64,000 bases of DNA from Armatimonadota bacterium (GTDB taxonomy: Bacteria > Armatimonadota > HRBIN16), in assembly GCA_963677485.1 (NCBI GenBank), contig OY781964.1, forward strand, positions 3,616,001-3,680,000. The letters run 5' to 3'. Below the pieces are notes generated by a model. That model did no database searches, was not told the origin of the DNA, and saw only the letters and a program-made list of their open reading frames with translations. Of this stretch, positions 48,793-59,609 are shown one piece after another. Numbering within the stretch: the stretch's first letter is position 1; every line of letters begins with the position of its first letter. Made by a program: the position numbers and the translations under genes.

Positions 48793-49737
48793 CTACAGTT
48801 CCAAGCGCCCGAAATTGCGCAGGTAGAGCATGTTGTTCACAGCTTGTGAGCCTCGCCACCAGTTACGGCTGATGGCCCACTCTGCAGGGTAGTCAGCCCA
48901 CTGCCAATTGATGTCCCACACACCCTCTTTGGGGAGTGTCATCTCGATAAATTCGCACTCATACTTCGCCAGCTCTGCGATACATGGGTAATACGGGCTG
49001 TCAGGTGTATTCGCGAACCGTGATGGTCGGCAAACATAGTCACTTATCCATGCTTTTGTGTTGGTGCTGACTTGATTGCTTACCAATGCCGTGATTTGCC
49101 CCCTGAAGGCTTCCATAAGGACGATACCTTCGACACCGGCTGTCTCGATGTCATCCAGCAACCGTAGGTAACATGCGGATGTGTGGTCATCGTTCATCGA
49201 CTCATCAGCTAACAGTTTGTTGACCGCGGCCTTGGCAATCTCTTCGCACTTCGTCCAGACATTTGATCCTCTGCGAGCATACCGCAAGCCGAAACCGGCA
49301 AGTGCAGCTGTGGGGTTGTAGTCCACCGCTTTAGGTTCTCTTGCAGGTTCAGAAGAAGCCGAATAACCCCACCACGGAGCATGAGGGTAGTCGTTGTTAG
49401 TGGGCACGGAACCAGACCAGATGCGTCCATCGAAATCAACCCCACTCTCCATCCATCTGAGGATGCCCTGTATGATCGGATGGTCTGCCGGAATATCACG
49501 CAGTTCATGGATCACTTCAGTGGCTGACCATGTCTGGATTGGGGAGGAGTGCGGATTCCAGCAATCTGGCTCAAGGGCGTGCCCGAAGCCTCCATCTGGG
49601 TTTTGGTAGGCCGATAGCGCACTCAGCACATCGTCAGTAGCGCCATCTTCTAAATTATACCGCCAGCGGGCTAGATCAAGCGGTCGGGCGTTGCGATACA
49701 TCCAACACCTGACTTGGTGAAAATCCTGTGAGTTCAT
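48793..49737 (-). CDS. Hypothetical protein, prenyltransferase/terpene-cyclase-like helical fold
   Basis: NARPLDLARW..YQNPDGGFGHALEPD..YPHAPWW..NPTA. Confidence 0.65.
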   Translation of the reverse strand: MNSQDFHQVRCWMYRNARPLDLARWRYNLEDGATDDVLSALSAYQNPDGGFGHALEPDCWNPHSSPIQTWSATEVIHELRDIPADHPIIQGILRWMESGVDFDGRIWSGSVPTNNDYPHAPWWGYSASSEPAREPKAVDYNPTAALAGFGLRYARRGSNVWTKCEEIAKAAVNKLLADESMNDDHTSACYLRLLDDIETAGVEGIVLMEAFRGQITALVSNQVSTNTKAWISDYVCRPSRFANTPDSPYYPCIAELAKYECEFIEMTLPKEGVWDINWQWADYPAEWAISRNWWRGSQAVNNMLYLRNFGRLEL

Positions 49738-50200
49738 GGTGTAATCATCTCGTGTGCAGGCTGACACCAATCGACGCGTGTTAGCCGTATTTATACTAGA
49801 TGTAATATAACATAAAAATATATGCTATTAGTACTGGTATCTATACGTCTTGTATGGCGCAGTGTGCGATGCAGTTTCAGTAGGCGATCCAACCACAAGC
49901 CCAGAAAACAGTAAAGAAGTGCCTCGATGGGTGGTTGCTGTCAGTGACCCACAGAAGCACTTCTTGTATGGATCTATGCGGCTCATCAGATTGATCCGCA
50001 ATAAGGGACGAATTAAGATTACCTCATATTGCAGATAAAATGCCATGATCACAGATGATATTTTCGGTATTTTGCGGATTTGTGTGCGAAATATCTGTCA
50101 TTTACTAGTAATATTGCTATGACGCGGTTGATAACGACTTATTCCCGATCTGTGACTCATTACGAAACAATGGCGTTTCCTTGTGACGAAATGCGAAGAC

Positions 50201-50229
50201 GTGACAGTATCCTGTTCGTGTGGTACAAT
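50201..50229 (+). promoter_or_regulatory. Promoter of tRNA-Pro
   Basis: GTGACA-17 nt-TACAAT. Confidence 0.6.
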
Positions 50230-50241
50230 GGTGAAGGCAAT

Positions 50242-50318
50242 CGGGGTGTGGCGCAGTTTGGTAGCGCGCACGGTTCGGGACCGTGAGGTCGCCGGTTCGA
50301 GTCCGGCCACCCCGACCA
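50242..50318 (+). tRNA. tRNA-Pro (anticodon CGG)
   Basis: CGGGGTG acceptor stem, CACGG-TTCGGGA-CCGTG anticodon arm, GGTTCGA T-loop, encoded CCA. Confidence 0.97.
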
Positions 50319-50474
50319 CTTTTCTGTCTCCCGACTTATCGCCCTATAAGACATATATGATGAGTAGGACGAGTAAGGTAATCGGCACGCCCTCCCATTC
50401 TCCTAATCTTCTGTCTCCCCTCAAAGGCATATTGGCGTTATAATAGCTGTATGGTCAACGAGCAGGGGGATCCT

Positions 50475-51437
50475 ATGCAGATAGCACTACTGGCACCTCA
50501 ACACAAGTTTCTTTCTGTGTTTCACAGTTCGCATATCGCAAGGTTGCAACAGCTTGGTACGTATGTTGACGCTGTTTTTATTATGAGCGCAGATGATGTA
50601 CTGCCTAAGCTTGCCGGTGTGCAAGCGGTGGTGAGCACGTGGGGCATGCCCTGCCTCGATGAGAAGATGCTAGCGGCGATGCCGAGGCTTGAGGCGGTTT
50701 TCTATGCTGCAGGTTCCGTGAAGGGCTTTTACACAGCGGAAGCGGCCAGTCGCGGCGTCGTGGTGAGCAGTGCCGCACCTGTGAATGCTATTCCAGTCGC
50801 CAACTACACTCTGGGTGCGATCTTGCTCAGTCAGAAGCGATTTTTTCAGCAAGTTGGCAAGCCATACAGCGTGGCAGTACCTGGCTTGTATCACCCTGTG
50901 GTGGGCATTATAGGGGCGAGTCTGGTTGGGCGTGCGCTTATTGAACTCTTACGGCCGTTTGAGTGCCGTATTCTTCTTTACGACCCTACGATTAGTGAAG
51001 CAGATGCCTCAACGATGCAGGTAGAGCTTGTGGATCTTCCGCGGTTGATGTCACTAAGCGACATCGTCTCGCTACATGCACCGAATCTACCCCAACTTAA
51101 GCATATGATCAATGAACCTCTTCTTGCGCTGATGCGTGACGGCAGCACATTCATCAACACCGCTCGTGGTGCTCTTGTCGATGAGGCTGCTTTGATCAAA
51201 CACCTCGCGTTGGGGCGTATCTATGCGGTGCTGGACGTGAGCGATCCGGAACCGCCTCCATCTGGTCACGCCTTCTACGCGCTGCCCAATGTGACCTACA
51301 CGCCCCATATCGCCGGATCAATGGGCGATGAGTGCTATGCCATGGCGGACTTCGCGCTGGACGAGTTGCAGCGATATATCAACGGCAGCAGGTTGAGGAA
51401 CAAGGTGGATTATGACACATTATCGCGGCTGGCCTGA
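50475..51437 (+). CDS. D-isomer-specific 2-hydroxyacid dehydrogenase
   Basis: GIIGASLVG, SLHAP, FINTARG, LDVSDPEP, TPHIAG. Confidence 0.88.
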   Translation: MQIALLAPQHKFLSVFHSSHIARLQQLGTYVDAVFIMSADDVLPKLAGVQAVVSTWGMPCLDEKMLAAMPRLEAVFYAAGSVKGFYTAEAASRGVVVSSAAPVNAIPVANYTLGAILLSQKRFFQQVGKPYSVAVPGLYHPVVGIIGASLVGRALIELLRPFECRILLYDPTISEADASTMQVELVDLPRLMSLSDIVSLHAPNLPQLKHMINEPLLALMRDGSTFINTARGALVDEAALIKHLALGRIYAVLDVSDPEPPPSGHAFYALPNVTYTPHIAGSMGDECYAMADFALDELQRYINGSRLRNKVDYDTLSRLA

Positions 51438-51605
51438 TGATGGTGCTGCTAATTTCGTATGCGTGCGCGAGTGCGGTGTCAGAAATGGGTTCATTTCATA
51501 CCCGTAAAACAATCGTATCAGGTCAACGATGATGCGGTCTGACCCTTGATTCCGTCGGGTACAATTGATGTACATGAGGTCGAATGACAGAGTGAAGAAG
51601 TTATC

Positions 51606-51938
51606 ATGAACCTAACTATATCGATGCAGGACGATGTCACAGTCGTACATATCGCGGCCGACCACCTTGATGTGCTCAACGTGGTGGACTTTAAGTCGGA
51701 GATTGCCAAGGTGACTCTCGGCCACAAGAAGGTGGTCATAGATTGTGGGCAAATTCGTATGATCGATAGTTCGGGCCTCGGGGCGATTATGTATTGTGTT
51801 CAGACCTTGAACGCACATGGAAGCGAACTGAAACTGGCGGCGTTGAGCAAGGGTGTTTCCTCGTTGTTCGAGCTGGTGCGTATGCATCGAATGGTTGACA
51901 TCTATAGCACCGTGGATGAGGCCATTGAAGCCTTTTAG
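51606..51938 (+). CDS. STAS-domain anti-sigma factor antagonist
   Basis: VIDCGQIRMIDSSGLG. Confidence 0.85.
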   Translation: MNLTISMQDDVTVVHIAADHLDVLNVVDFKSEIAKVTLGHKKVVIDCGQIRMIDSSGLGAIMYCVQTLNAHGSELKLAALSKGVSSLFELVRMHRMVDIYSTVDEAIEAF

Positions 51939-52058
51939 TGCTTGCGCAAATGTAGCCTTCTAATTCCAGATCAGCCGATAAAAACATCAGTGCATGTGTT
52001 TGATAATCCAAGACAAGATGAAAGCATCGCCGTGATAGAACAGGCTCACCGATTTATT

Positions 52059-52532
52059 CTAGATCACACCGTTTTGGCCAATACGCTCGTCCGTAAAGAA
52101 GTTATCTTGAAGCACCGATGGCTGGGAAACCTCCAGGACGAGCGCAGCACCGATCCCGGTAAAGGAATGAGCGACACCTGGCGGCATCACCAGAACCGCT
52201 CCCTGTTCCATGATTAGATCCTTCTCGTCGGTTCTCATACGTATGCTGCCTTTGACCACGAAGAAGGTCTCATGCTTCATCTTGTGGAAGTGGTGGGGGC
52301 AGGTCTGGCCATCAAAAACAAACAGATATTTACCGCAATAGCCGTGCTCCGTCTCATTGGCGATCCAGAACTCCGTCTCACCCATGGTGTAGAAGTCATT
52401 CAGACCAAAATGCAGGCAGATGGGATCAACAGCAGGCATTGTGAGTGCCCAATCAGCGATCTGCTTGCCGATTGCGGTCAGAGCCTCAGTTCGGCTTGTT
52501 CCCTGTAACTCGATGTCGTCGTATTTACCCAT
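52059..52532 (-). CDS. D-lyxose/D-mannose isomerase-family cupin
   Basis: YCGK..GQTCPHHFHKMKHETF..HSF..EVS..DNFF. Confidence 0.8.
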   Translation of the reverse strand: MGKYDDIELQGTSRTEALTAIGKQIADWALTMPAVDPICLHFGLNDFYTMGETEFWIANETEHGYCGKYLFVFDGQTCPHHFHKMKHETFFVVKGSIRMRTDEKDLIMEQGAVLVMPPGVAHSFTGIGAALVLEVSQPSVLQDNFFTDERIGQNGVI

Positions 52533-52675
52533 GTCTGCTCCTTGGTGTTATGCTGTGGGCATATGATAGCCTGTCTGTTCAGGCCTGTCAAGGTGTTGCT
52601 GGCCAGATGGTGTCATTTTGCGTGACGCAATGCACCTGCTTTTCTGCTTGACCGCCTTCGTGCTACACTAAAACA

Positions 52676-53680
52676 GTGAAGATATCTACCAACATACGCC
52701 GCGGCAGCCTCGTTGCGGTCTTTTTAACCAGCATCTGTGCAGCCATAGTCGCAGGGCTTTGCTTCGGTGCTGATCCCTTGTCGCTAAAACAAATCTGGTT
52801 CGCACTGACGCATATCCACAGCAACTCGCCGGATGCCGTGGTGATCTGGCAACTACGCCTGCCGCGCGTGATTTTAGCCGGACTGGTGGGTGCGCTGCTG
52901 GGCATGGCTGGCGCGGCTCTTCAAGGTCTACTGCGTAACGACTTGGCTGATCCGTATACCATCGGCGTCTCTAGCGGAGCGGCTGTGGGGGCTGCTGGCG
53001 TGGTGCTGCTGGGGTTGGAATCTGCGCTATTTGGTTATTCTGTGCCTCTCGCAGCGTTCGTGACCGGCCTGTTGGCGGCTGTGATTGTGTTCGCCAGTGC
53101 CCGCAGGCAAGGGTTGCTGGATGTGAACAACTTTTTACTGGCAGGCATTGTGGTCGGTTCATTCTTGTGGGCCATGGTCACGCTGTTCATGAGTTTGGCT
53201 CAAGCGGACACCGCCCGCATCCTCTTCTGGTTGATGGGCAGTTTTGCCGATGCCGATTGGAGCCGAGTACGCCTTCTTCTGCCATTCGTGTTATTAGGTT
53301 TGGTTGGATTACGGGCTATCGCCTTCGCGCTGAACGGGTTTGCGCTGGGTGAGGAGAGTGCCTGGCATCTCGGCTTTGATGTTGAGAAGACGAAAAAGGC
53401 AGCCTCCTTACTCGCAACACTCTGCACGGCCGCTGCGGTCTCAGTCAGCGGAATCATTGGCTTCGTGGGTCTGATGGCACCTCATATCGCCCGAAGGCTG
53501 TTTGGGGCGGATCACCGGATATTGGTGTTCACAGCCTCCGGTGTAGGGGCCGTATTATTGATGTGCGCGGACACTCTAGCACGCACCCTGGCAAGGCCTG
53601 CCGAGGTGCCCGTGGGTGTGATCACAGCGCTCATCGGATCGCCAATGTTTATATTTTTGCTTAGGAGGCGTTCAGAATGA
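52676..53680 (+). CDS. FecCD/BtuC-family ABC permease
   Basis: LRLPR, RNDLADPYTIGVSSGA, GIIGFVGL..PH, EVPVG. Confidence 0.9.
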   Translation: MKISTNIRRGSLVAVFLTSICAAIVAGLCFGADPLSLKQIWFALTHIHSNSPDAVVIWQLRLPRVILAGLVGALLGMAGAALQGLLRNDLADPYTIGVSSGAAVGAAGVVLLGLESALFGYSVPLAAFVTGLLAAVIVFASARRQGLLDVNNFLLAGIVVGSFLWAMVTLFMSLAQADTARILFWLMGSFADADWSRVRLLLPFVLLGLVGLRAIAFALNGFALGEESAWHLGFDVEKTKKAASLLATLCTAAAVSVSGIIGFVGLMAPHIARRLFGADHRILVFTASGVGAVLLMCADTLARTLARPAEVPVGVITALIGSPMFIFLLRRRSE

Positions 53681-54546
53681 TCGTAGGTTTTATCGGTCTA
53701 GGAACGATGGGTTACCCGATGGCTGGGCACATATCAGGCAAGTATCGAACTCTGGTCTGGAACCGCACGGCGCAGGTCTCCTTGAATCACGCGGAGCAAT
53801 ATGGAACTCAAGCCGTCGCTGAGCTCTCCGAGCTAGCTCCATGCGACGTGATCTGCAGTTGCCTGCCGGTTAGTGTGGATGTCCATTCGGTTGTTAAGGC
53901 GATGGTTGGTAATCTGAAACCATCAGGATACTGGATAGATTTCACCAGCGGCGATCCTGGTGAGTGCCGCCAAACGGCTGATCTGTTGCGAAAAAACGGC
54001 TGGAGTTACCTTGATGCCCCCGTGTCGGGCGGACTGGCGGGGGCACAAAAGGGCAGCCTGACCGTGATGGCAGGGGCTGATGCGGACGATCTGGAGGCCA
54101 TGCGAGGGGTGATTGATTGTGTGTCCTCCAAGATCGTTCACGTGGGCGGAGTGGGGGCTGGTCATGCGGTCAAGGCCGCGAACAACGCTCTGCTAGCCAT
54201 GCATCTGCTGGCCGCCTCTGAGGTGTTGCTGATGCTGCGTAAGAATGGGGTTGATCCTGCTGTTGCGCTGGAGGCGATCAATGCCGGAACCGGCCGATCG
54301 GCTGTGACACAGCACTACATCTCCGAAAAGGTGTTGAACCGCAGCTTCCCGCTAACCTTCAAGCTGGGGCTGCTGGACAAGGACGTGCGAATCGCAGCAA
54401 CAAGCTGCAGTCAAGCCGGGCTCGCGGCACCCATGATCTCACTTACCTCTCAGATATTTGCTGCAGCCAAGATGGTTGTAGGGGCTGATGTCGACTACAC
54501 CGAAGTCGTGAAACTACTCGAAAGTTGGACAGACGTTACCGTATGA
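53677..54546 (+). CDS. 3-hydroxyisobutyrate dehydrogenase-family oxidoreductase
   Basis: GFIGLGTMG, DAPVSGG, VKAANN, KDV. Confidence 0.88.
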   Translation: MIVGFIGLGTMGYPMAGHISGKYRTLVWNRTAQVSLNHAEQYGTQAVAELSELAPCDVICSCLPVSVDVHSVVKAMVGNLKPSGYWIDFTSGDPGECRQTADLLRKNGWSYLDAPVSGGLAGAQKGSLTVMAGADADDLEAMRGVIDCVSSKIVHVGGVGAGHAVKAANNALLAMHLLAASEVLLMLRKNGVDPAVALEAINAGTGRSAVTQHYISEKVLNRSFPLTFKLGLLDKDVRIAATSCSQAGLAAPMISLTSQIFAAAKMVVGADVDYTEVVKLLESWTDVTV

Positions 54547-55880
54547 ATTCCACAATGAAATGCAAGATATACACCTGGGGCTGCCAGATGAACGAAGAGG
54601 ACAGCGAGCAGATGGCGTTGCTGATGCAGCAGATCGGCTGTCAGATTACCGATGATCTAGACGAAGCCGAAGTGGTGCTGTTAAATACATGCAGTGTGCG
54701 CAAAAAACCAGAAGATAAGGTCTTTAGCCTGCTAGGGTGGCTGAAGGATTGGAAGGTAGAGCATCCAAGTGGTGTCATCGGTGTGTGCGGCTGCATGGCA
54801 CAGATACGCTCTGAAGAGATATTCAAACGGGCACCTCACGTAAACTTTGTGACCGGTACCGCGCATATCTCGGAGCTTCCCCATCTTGTATTGACGGCTC
54901 AACGGCAGAGCGGCCACAATATGGCAATCTCACTTCCTGTGAAGAGTTCTGAGGCACTCAACTACCTGCCCAGTAGGGTGGTCCATCGCCCCGCGCAACT
55001 GCGCGCATATGTGCCCATCATGTATGGCTGCGACAACTTCTGCACGTTCTGCGTGGTACCTCTGACCCGCGGGCGGGAACGCAGCCGTTCGGTTGACGAG
55101 GTGATGGAGGAAGTGCGCTCACTGGCGCAGCACGGCACCAAGGAGGTGACGTTGCTGGGTCAGACCGTGAACAGCTACGGCAAGCGGATGCAGGGTGAAC
55201 ATACGAGCTTTGTGCAGCTACTGCGTCTGGTAAGTGAAGTTGAGGGGATTGAACGGATTCGGTTTACTTCACCCTATCCCACAGATTTTTCAGACGAGCT
55301 CATTGATGCGATTGCGGAGCTGCCCAAGCTGTGTGAGTGGGTCCATTTACCCTTGCAGGCTGGTGATTCCGACCTGCTACGCGATATGAAACGGCATTAT
55401 GATATGGAGCTGTTTGAGACTATTGTCGGTAAGCTGCGCAGCCGTGTTCAAGGAATCGCGATCACTACAGACCTGATGATCGGGCACCCGGGTGAGACTG
55501 ACCAGCAGTTCAGGAACACTATCGAAGCTGTGAAACGCATCCGGTTTGACAACGCCTTCATGTTCGCCTATAGCCCGCGACCAGGCACCAAAGCCGCTGA
55601 GCGAGAGGATCAGATACCGAGGGAGCTGAAGCAGGCCCGTCTTGCCGAGTTGATCGCCGTGCAGAATAGCGTCACCTGCGAGATCAATAAACAGCAGGCT
55701 GGGCAGGTATATGAACTGCTGGTAGATGGAGCGGCTCACAAAAATCCCGCCCAACAGACCGGACTGACTCGGCAAAGCAAGACCGTCAACTTCGCCTCTG
55801 AGCATGATCTAGCTGGTCAGATCGTGCGCATCCGCGCCATCTCCGGCCACATGTGGGGTTTTCTCGGCGAGGTGGTGTAG
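54543..55880 (+). CDS. miaB: tRNA-2-methylthio-N6-dimethylallyladenosine synthase
   Basis: TWGCQMNEEDSE, NTCSVR, GCDNFCTFCVVP..RGRERSR, YSPRPGT. Confidence 0.95.
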   Translation: MNSTMKCKIYTWGCQMNEEDSEQMALLMQQIGCQITDDLDEAEVVLLNTCSVRKKPEDKVFSLLGWLKDWKVEHPSGVIGVCGCMAQIRSEEIFKRAPHVNFVTGTAHISELPHLVLTAQRQSGHNMAISLPVKSSEALNYLPSRVVHRPAQLRAYVPIMYGCDNFCTFCVVPLTRGRERSRSVDEVMEEVRSLAQHGTKEVTLLGQTVNSYGKRMQGEHTSFVQLLRLVSEVEGIERIRFTSPYPTDFSDELIDAIAELPKLCEWVHLPLQAGDSDLLRDMKRHYDMELFETIVGKLRSRVQGIAITTDLMIGHPGETDQQFRNTIEAVKRIRFDNAFMFAYSPRPGTKAAEREDQIPRELKQARLAELIAVQNSVTCEINKQQAGQVYELLVDGAAHKNPAQQTGLTRQSKTVNFASEHDLAGQIVRIRAISGHMWGFLGEVV

Positions 55881-55890
55881 AGGCCTCCCC

Positions 55891-55924
55891 CCGGGAACGC
55901 CAATCTCCTGATTGGCCTCTCCCG
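55891..55924. repeat. REP-like palindrome or terminator after miaB
   Basis: CGGGA-ac-GCCAATC-tcct-GATTGGC-ctc-TCCCG. Confidence 0.45.
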
Positions 55925-56087
55925 AGATTGCCGCTGTTTCGTGGTTTCATCTTGATTGCTGGCTAATCCTAAGCAAATCGTAACACCACGCAGGAATACG
56001 GGGTGGTGGTGGTGAACAACCAATCATAAGGTGTTAGCATCTGTGTTGAACACCCCATTAGCTTTGAATAGCATAAGGTGAGCCTAC

Positions 56088-58826
56088 ATGAGTTCCTTCC
56101 TTTCTGTTTTGCTTGCGGTAGTCGTTCTAGCGTACCCTCTCTCTACCTGCCGCGCGGATGCGCCTCGCGAGATGAAGTCGTTCCCGTTTGCTGAGGGCAA
56201 AAAGCTGGAATGGGTGACGAATGATGGCGTGACGTCGACCAAAGTAGTCGGCAGCCAGTTGCATTTGCGCACGACAGCCAGTGATCCGCTGATGATAAGC
56301 CCGGAGTTCTCAGTTCCGGCTGATTCACGCCAGTATGTAGAGATCACTATGCAGAGCAGTGCGGACGGCACGCCTCAGCTCTACTACACCAACACGAAGA
56401 ACGAGCCATACGGTGGAATCCGCGGCGAATGGTGCAAGCAGTTCAACGTAAAGAAGGGCGGCATGAGGGTTTATCGTGTCTTCCCGTTCTGGGGTGGACT
56501 GGGTAAGATCATACGCCTTCGACTTGACCCGCCGGATTCGTCTGACATCATCATCAAGAGTATCCGAATCATGCAGTTGCCAGATGGCGAGGCCAGCTCC
56601 CGAGTGTGGCAAGCGAAACAGGCCTCCACATGGAACTTGCTTGGTGAAACTAAGGCGAAGCCCTCGGGTCTGAGCACCAGCGGTGAGCTGCTGATGATCT
56701 CGCCGAAGCTGGATTGCCCCACCGCGAAGGTTCCATGGATATCGCTGATGGCGAAGTCCACTGGGGCCTCGCAGGCCGTCGTGCAGTGGATATCAGATGA
56801 CTGGAAAGAGCCACGCGGTCAGGTCATCGCACTCAAGGCAGACGGCGCCTGGCACTCGTACAACATCTCAACTGAGCCGCTCTCAGACTGGACCGGAACC
56901 CTTCGGATGTTGACCATGGAGGTCACATCGCCTGTTGGCAAACCCACCGAAATCAGCCTGTTTGGTGCCAGCGAGAAACCGCTGGGCATGGCCGAACTGA
57001 GTGCCCCGCAGTTCATGCTGGAGCAGAACTTCGTGAGGGTGGGGCAACCCGCTTCTCTGATGGCTAACATCACAAACTCGGGTGGGACAAGCACAAAACC
57101 TCTCAAACTAAGCATCCGCTGGAGCAGCAAACTTCCGCCTCAGCTTGAACCCGGTCAAGCCAAGGTGAAGGTGGGGGCTGTGAAGTCGGTACCGAGCATC
57201 GCCCCTGGCGATAGTGTTGATATCAACTGGGCATTGGATACACAGAGGGCTGGCTGGGTGAAAGCTGAGCTCATGGCCGAAGGGGTGATAAGCCCAATAG
57301 CCACCAGTGTGATGCAGATTCAACCTGTGAAGCCCGATCTACCGCAGGGTCAGATCCCACCGGTGATGGCTCCGAAGAGCGATTATGATGTGGGAGTGTA
57401 TTACTTCCCCGGCTGGTGGAACTACAGCCGCTGGGCGGTGCTGGACGCCTACCCCGAGCGGACACCTTTGCTGGGATACTACCGTGAAGGCGAACCCGCA
57501 GTGGCTGACTGGCACATCAAATGGATGGCAGAGCATGGCATCAACTTCATGATCTACGACTGGTACTGGTCAGAGGGTGGCCGTTCGCTGGAGCATGCGC
57601 TGCACAACGGCTTTTTCAACGCTGGCCTGCGGAACCAGATGAAGTTTTGCCTGCTGTGGGCCAACCACAACGCCCCTGGCACCTCATCTGAACAAGACTT
57701 CAAAAATGTGACCCAATACTGGCTGGACAACTATTTCCTGCGCCCCGAGTACTACAAGATCGACGGCAAGCCGGTGGTGGTGATTTTTGCGCCCTCACGC
57801 ATATGGGATGACATGGGAGTTGTCGCTGGTAAGCGTGCATTCGACAATGCCCGTCAGATGGCCAAAGACAGGGGGCTTCCTGGGATTTACTTCGTGGCTT
57901 GTGCCTACCCTGATCAGGGCGGCATTAATATGATCGAACAACAGGGCTATGACGCCATCAGTGGTTATAACTACCCTGGTGCGGGCACGAATGGTCAGAC
58001 CGTCGCCCCTTATGATTTGAATATCAAGGGCTACGAAGGTTTCTGGAAGTCTATCGCGAAGATGAGCTCGTTACGTTATATCCCCGTCACCGACCCAGGC
58101 TGGGACAGCCGTCCGTGGGGTGGCCCAAGCGCGATGAGACGCACCGATAAGGCCCCCTGGAAGTTCGAGCAGATGCTGCAGCTTTCGAAACAATTTGTGG
58201 ATACGGAACATGCCAAGAATCAACGCAAGGTTGTATTTGTAGAGGCCTGGAATGAACTGGGTGAGGGCGACTTCATTGAGCCCCATCGAGAATGGGGCTT
58301 TGGATATCTGGACGCCATCCGTCGTGTCTTCACGCCTAACGCCGGTCCGCACATCGACATCGTGCCGGAGGATGTGGGCATGGGGCCATACAGCCTGCCA
58401 AGGCCTGTACCTGCCACGAGCTGGGATTTCAGTGACCCTGAGCATCCGGGATGGGATCCGCTATATAACGTCTCAGATTTCAAGGTGACCGCTGGCAAGA
58501 TGTCGGGTATCGCCGCCAACTTTGACCCCAGTTTCACGAGTCAAACACTAGATTTGAAAGCTAGTAAGGTTAAGGCGATCGTCATCAAAATGCGGGTCAG
58601 TGCAGGTAAAGGGGCTCAGCTGTTTTGGTTAGCACCAGGGGCAGGTACTTCAGAGGCTGCCAGCATGAGTTTCGAACTGATCCCTGGTAACGAGACGCAG
58701 ACCTATCGGCTGGATCTGAGTGGTAACCCTCGATGGAAGGGCCAAATTGCGGGGTTCCGCTTTGATCCAACAGACGAGCCTAAGGCCAGCTTCGAGATCG
58801 AGTCAATCAAGCTTGAAATGAAGTAG
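56088..58826 (+). CDS. Secreted GH99-like/WbsX-domain glycoside hydrolase with repeated CBM-like domains
   Basis: VYYFPGW, PLLGYY, YDWYW, FCLLWANH, YYKIDGKP, AWNELGEG..EP; LRLDP/FRFDP modules. Confidence 0.78.
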   Translation: MSSFLSVLLAVVVLAYPLSTCRADAPREMKSFPFAEGKKLEWVTNDGVTSTKVVGSQLHLRTTASDPLMISPEFSVPADSRQYVEITMQSSADGTPQLYYTNTKNEPYGGIRGEWCKQFNVKKGGMRVYRVFPFWGGLGKIIRLRLDPPDSSDIIIKSIRIMQLPDGEASSRVWQAKQASTWNLLGETKAKPSGLSTSGELLMISPKLDCPTAKVPWISLMAKSTGASQAVVQWISDDWKEPRGQVIALKADGAWHSYNISTEPLSDWTGTLRMLTMEVTSPVGKPTEISLFGASEKPLGMAELSAPQFMLEQNFVRVGQPASLMANITNSGGTSTKPLKLSIRWSSKLPPQLEPGQAKVKVGAVKSVPSIAPGDSVDINWALDTQRAGWVKAELMAEGVISPIATSVMQIQPVKPDLPQGQIPPVMAPKSDYDVGVYYFPGWWNYSRWAVLDAYPERTPLLGYYREGEPAVADWHIKWMAEHGINFMIYDWYWSEGGRSLEHALHNGFFNAGLRNQMKFCLLWANHNAPGTSSEQDFKNVTQYWLDNYFLRPEYYKIDGKPVVVIFAPSRIWDDMGVVAGKRAFDNARQMAKDRGLPGIYFVACAYPDQGGINMIEQQGYDAISGYNYPGAGTNGQTVAPYDLNIKGYEGFWKSIAKMSSLRYIPVTDPGWDSRPWGGPSAMRRTDKAPWKFEQMLQLSKQFVDTEHAKNQRKVVFVEAWNELGEGDFIEPHREWGFGYLDAIRRVFTPNAGPHIDIVPEDVGMGPYSLPRPVPATSWDFSDPEHPGWDPLYNVSDFKVTAGKMSGIAANFDPSFTSQTLDLKASKVKAIVIKMRVSAGKGAQLFWLAPGAGTSEAASMSFELIPGNETQTYRLDLSGNPRWKGQIAGFRFDPTDEPKASFEIESIKLEMK

Positions 58827-58860
58827 TTTACGGTTTCAATTATACACATGGCGGTGGCTC

Positions 58861-59583
58861 ATGGCACTTAAGCGGTTGAAGACAGACTATAAGTCGATAG
58901 GTATCAAACCTTGGGCAAACTTCATCGTTCGGGCACTGTGGGCCACCGTGCTCACGCTATACAATCGCCTTCACGTATCTGGACGGTTGCAGGTGGCTGG
59001 TGGTCCCGTGATCATTGCACCGAACCACACCAGTTATCTGGATCCACCCGTCATTTCGGCGGCGGCTTTTCATAGAACCGTGGCTTATCTCGGCAAAGAT
59101 GGGCTTTTTCGGGTGCCGGTCTTCAACACCTTTATATGGAGGTTGGGGTGTATCCCAGTACACCAACATGGAGCCGATCATCAGGCGGTCAAGCTCTCTG
59201 TGGAGATGTTGAGGCGCGGGTTTGCCCTCTGCCTTTTCCCGGAGGGGCACCGCAGTTCAGATGGTGAACTCCAGCCATTGCTAAAGGGTGTGGCTCTGAT
59301 CGCCAAAAAGTCTGGAGCTCCAGTCATCCCTACTGCCATACTAGGTACCCACCGCGCACTGCCTGCGGGCAGCGTAATATACCTTCCTCATCAAATACAG
59401 GTAGCATTTGGAGAGCCAATATACTATCATCAATTTGCTGAGGGTTATGCAGGACATGATGATATACTTGACGCATTTACTCAGTCGATCGAAAACGGCA
59501 TCAGAGAGCAATTAGTCTGGCTTGAAACAGGCCAGACCCACCGCAAAAAGCACGTTTCACCAGAGCAATCCCCAATGGGGTAG
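58861..59583 (+). CDS. plsC: 1-acyl-sn-glycerol-3-phosphate acyltransferase
   Basis: NHTSYLD, FPEGHRS, VIP. Confidence 0.85.
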   Translation: MALKRLKTDYKSIGIKPWANFIVRALWATVLTLYNRLHVSGRLQVAGGPVIIAPNHTSYLDPPVISAAAFHRTVAYLGKDGLFRVPVFNTFIWRLGCIPVHQHGADHQAVKLSVEMLRRGFALCLFPEGHRSSDGELQPLLKGVALIAKKSGAPVIPTAILGTHRALPAGSVIYLPHQIQVAFGEPIYYHQFAEGYAGHDDILDAFTQSIENGIREQLVWLETGQTHRKKHVSPEQSPMG

Positions 59584-59609
59584 CAACAAATCAATAAGAG
59601 GTAAATATC

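Noticed and set aside
49780-50450. Integrative element at tRNA-Pro
   Set aside because: Flanks are AT-rich, but no integrase and no duplicated tRNA 3' end were seen in the window
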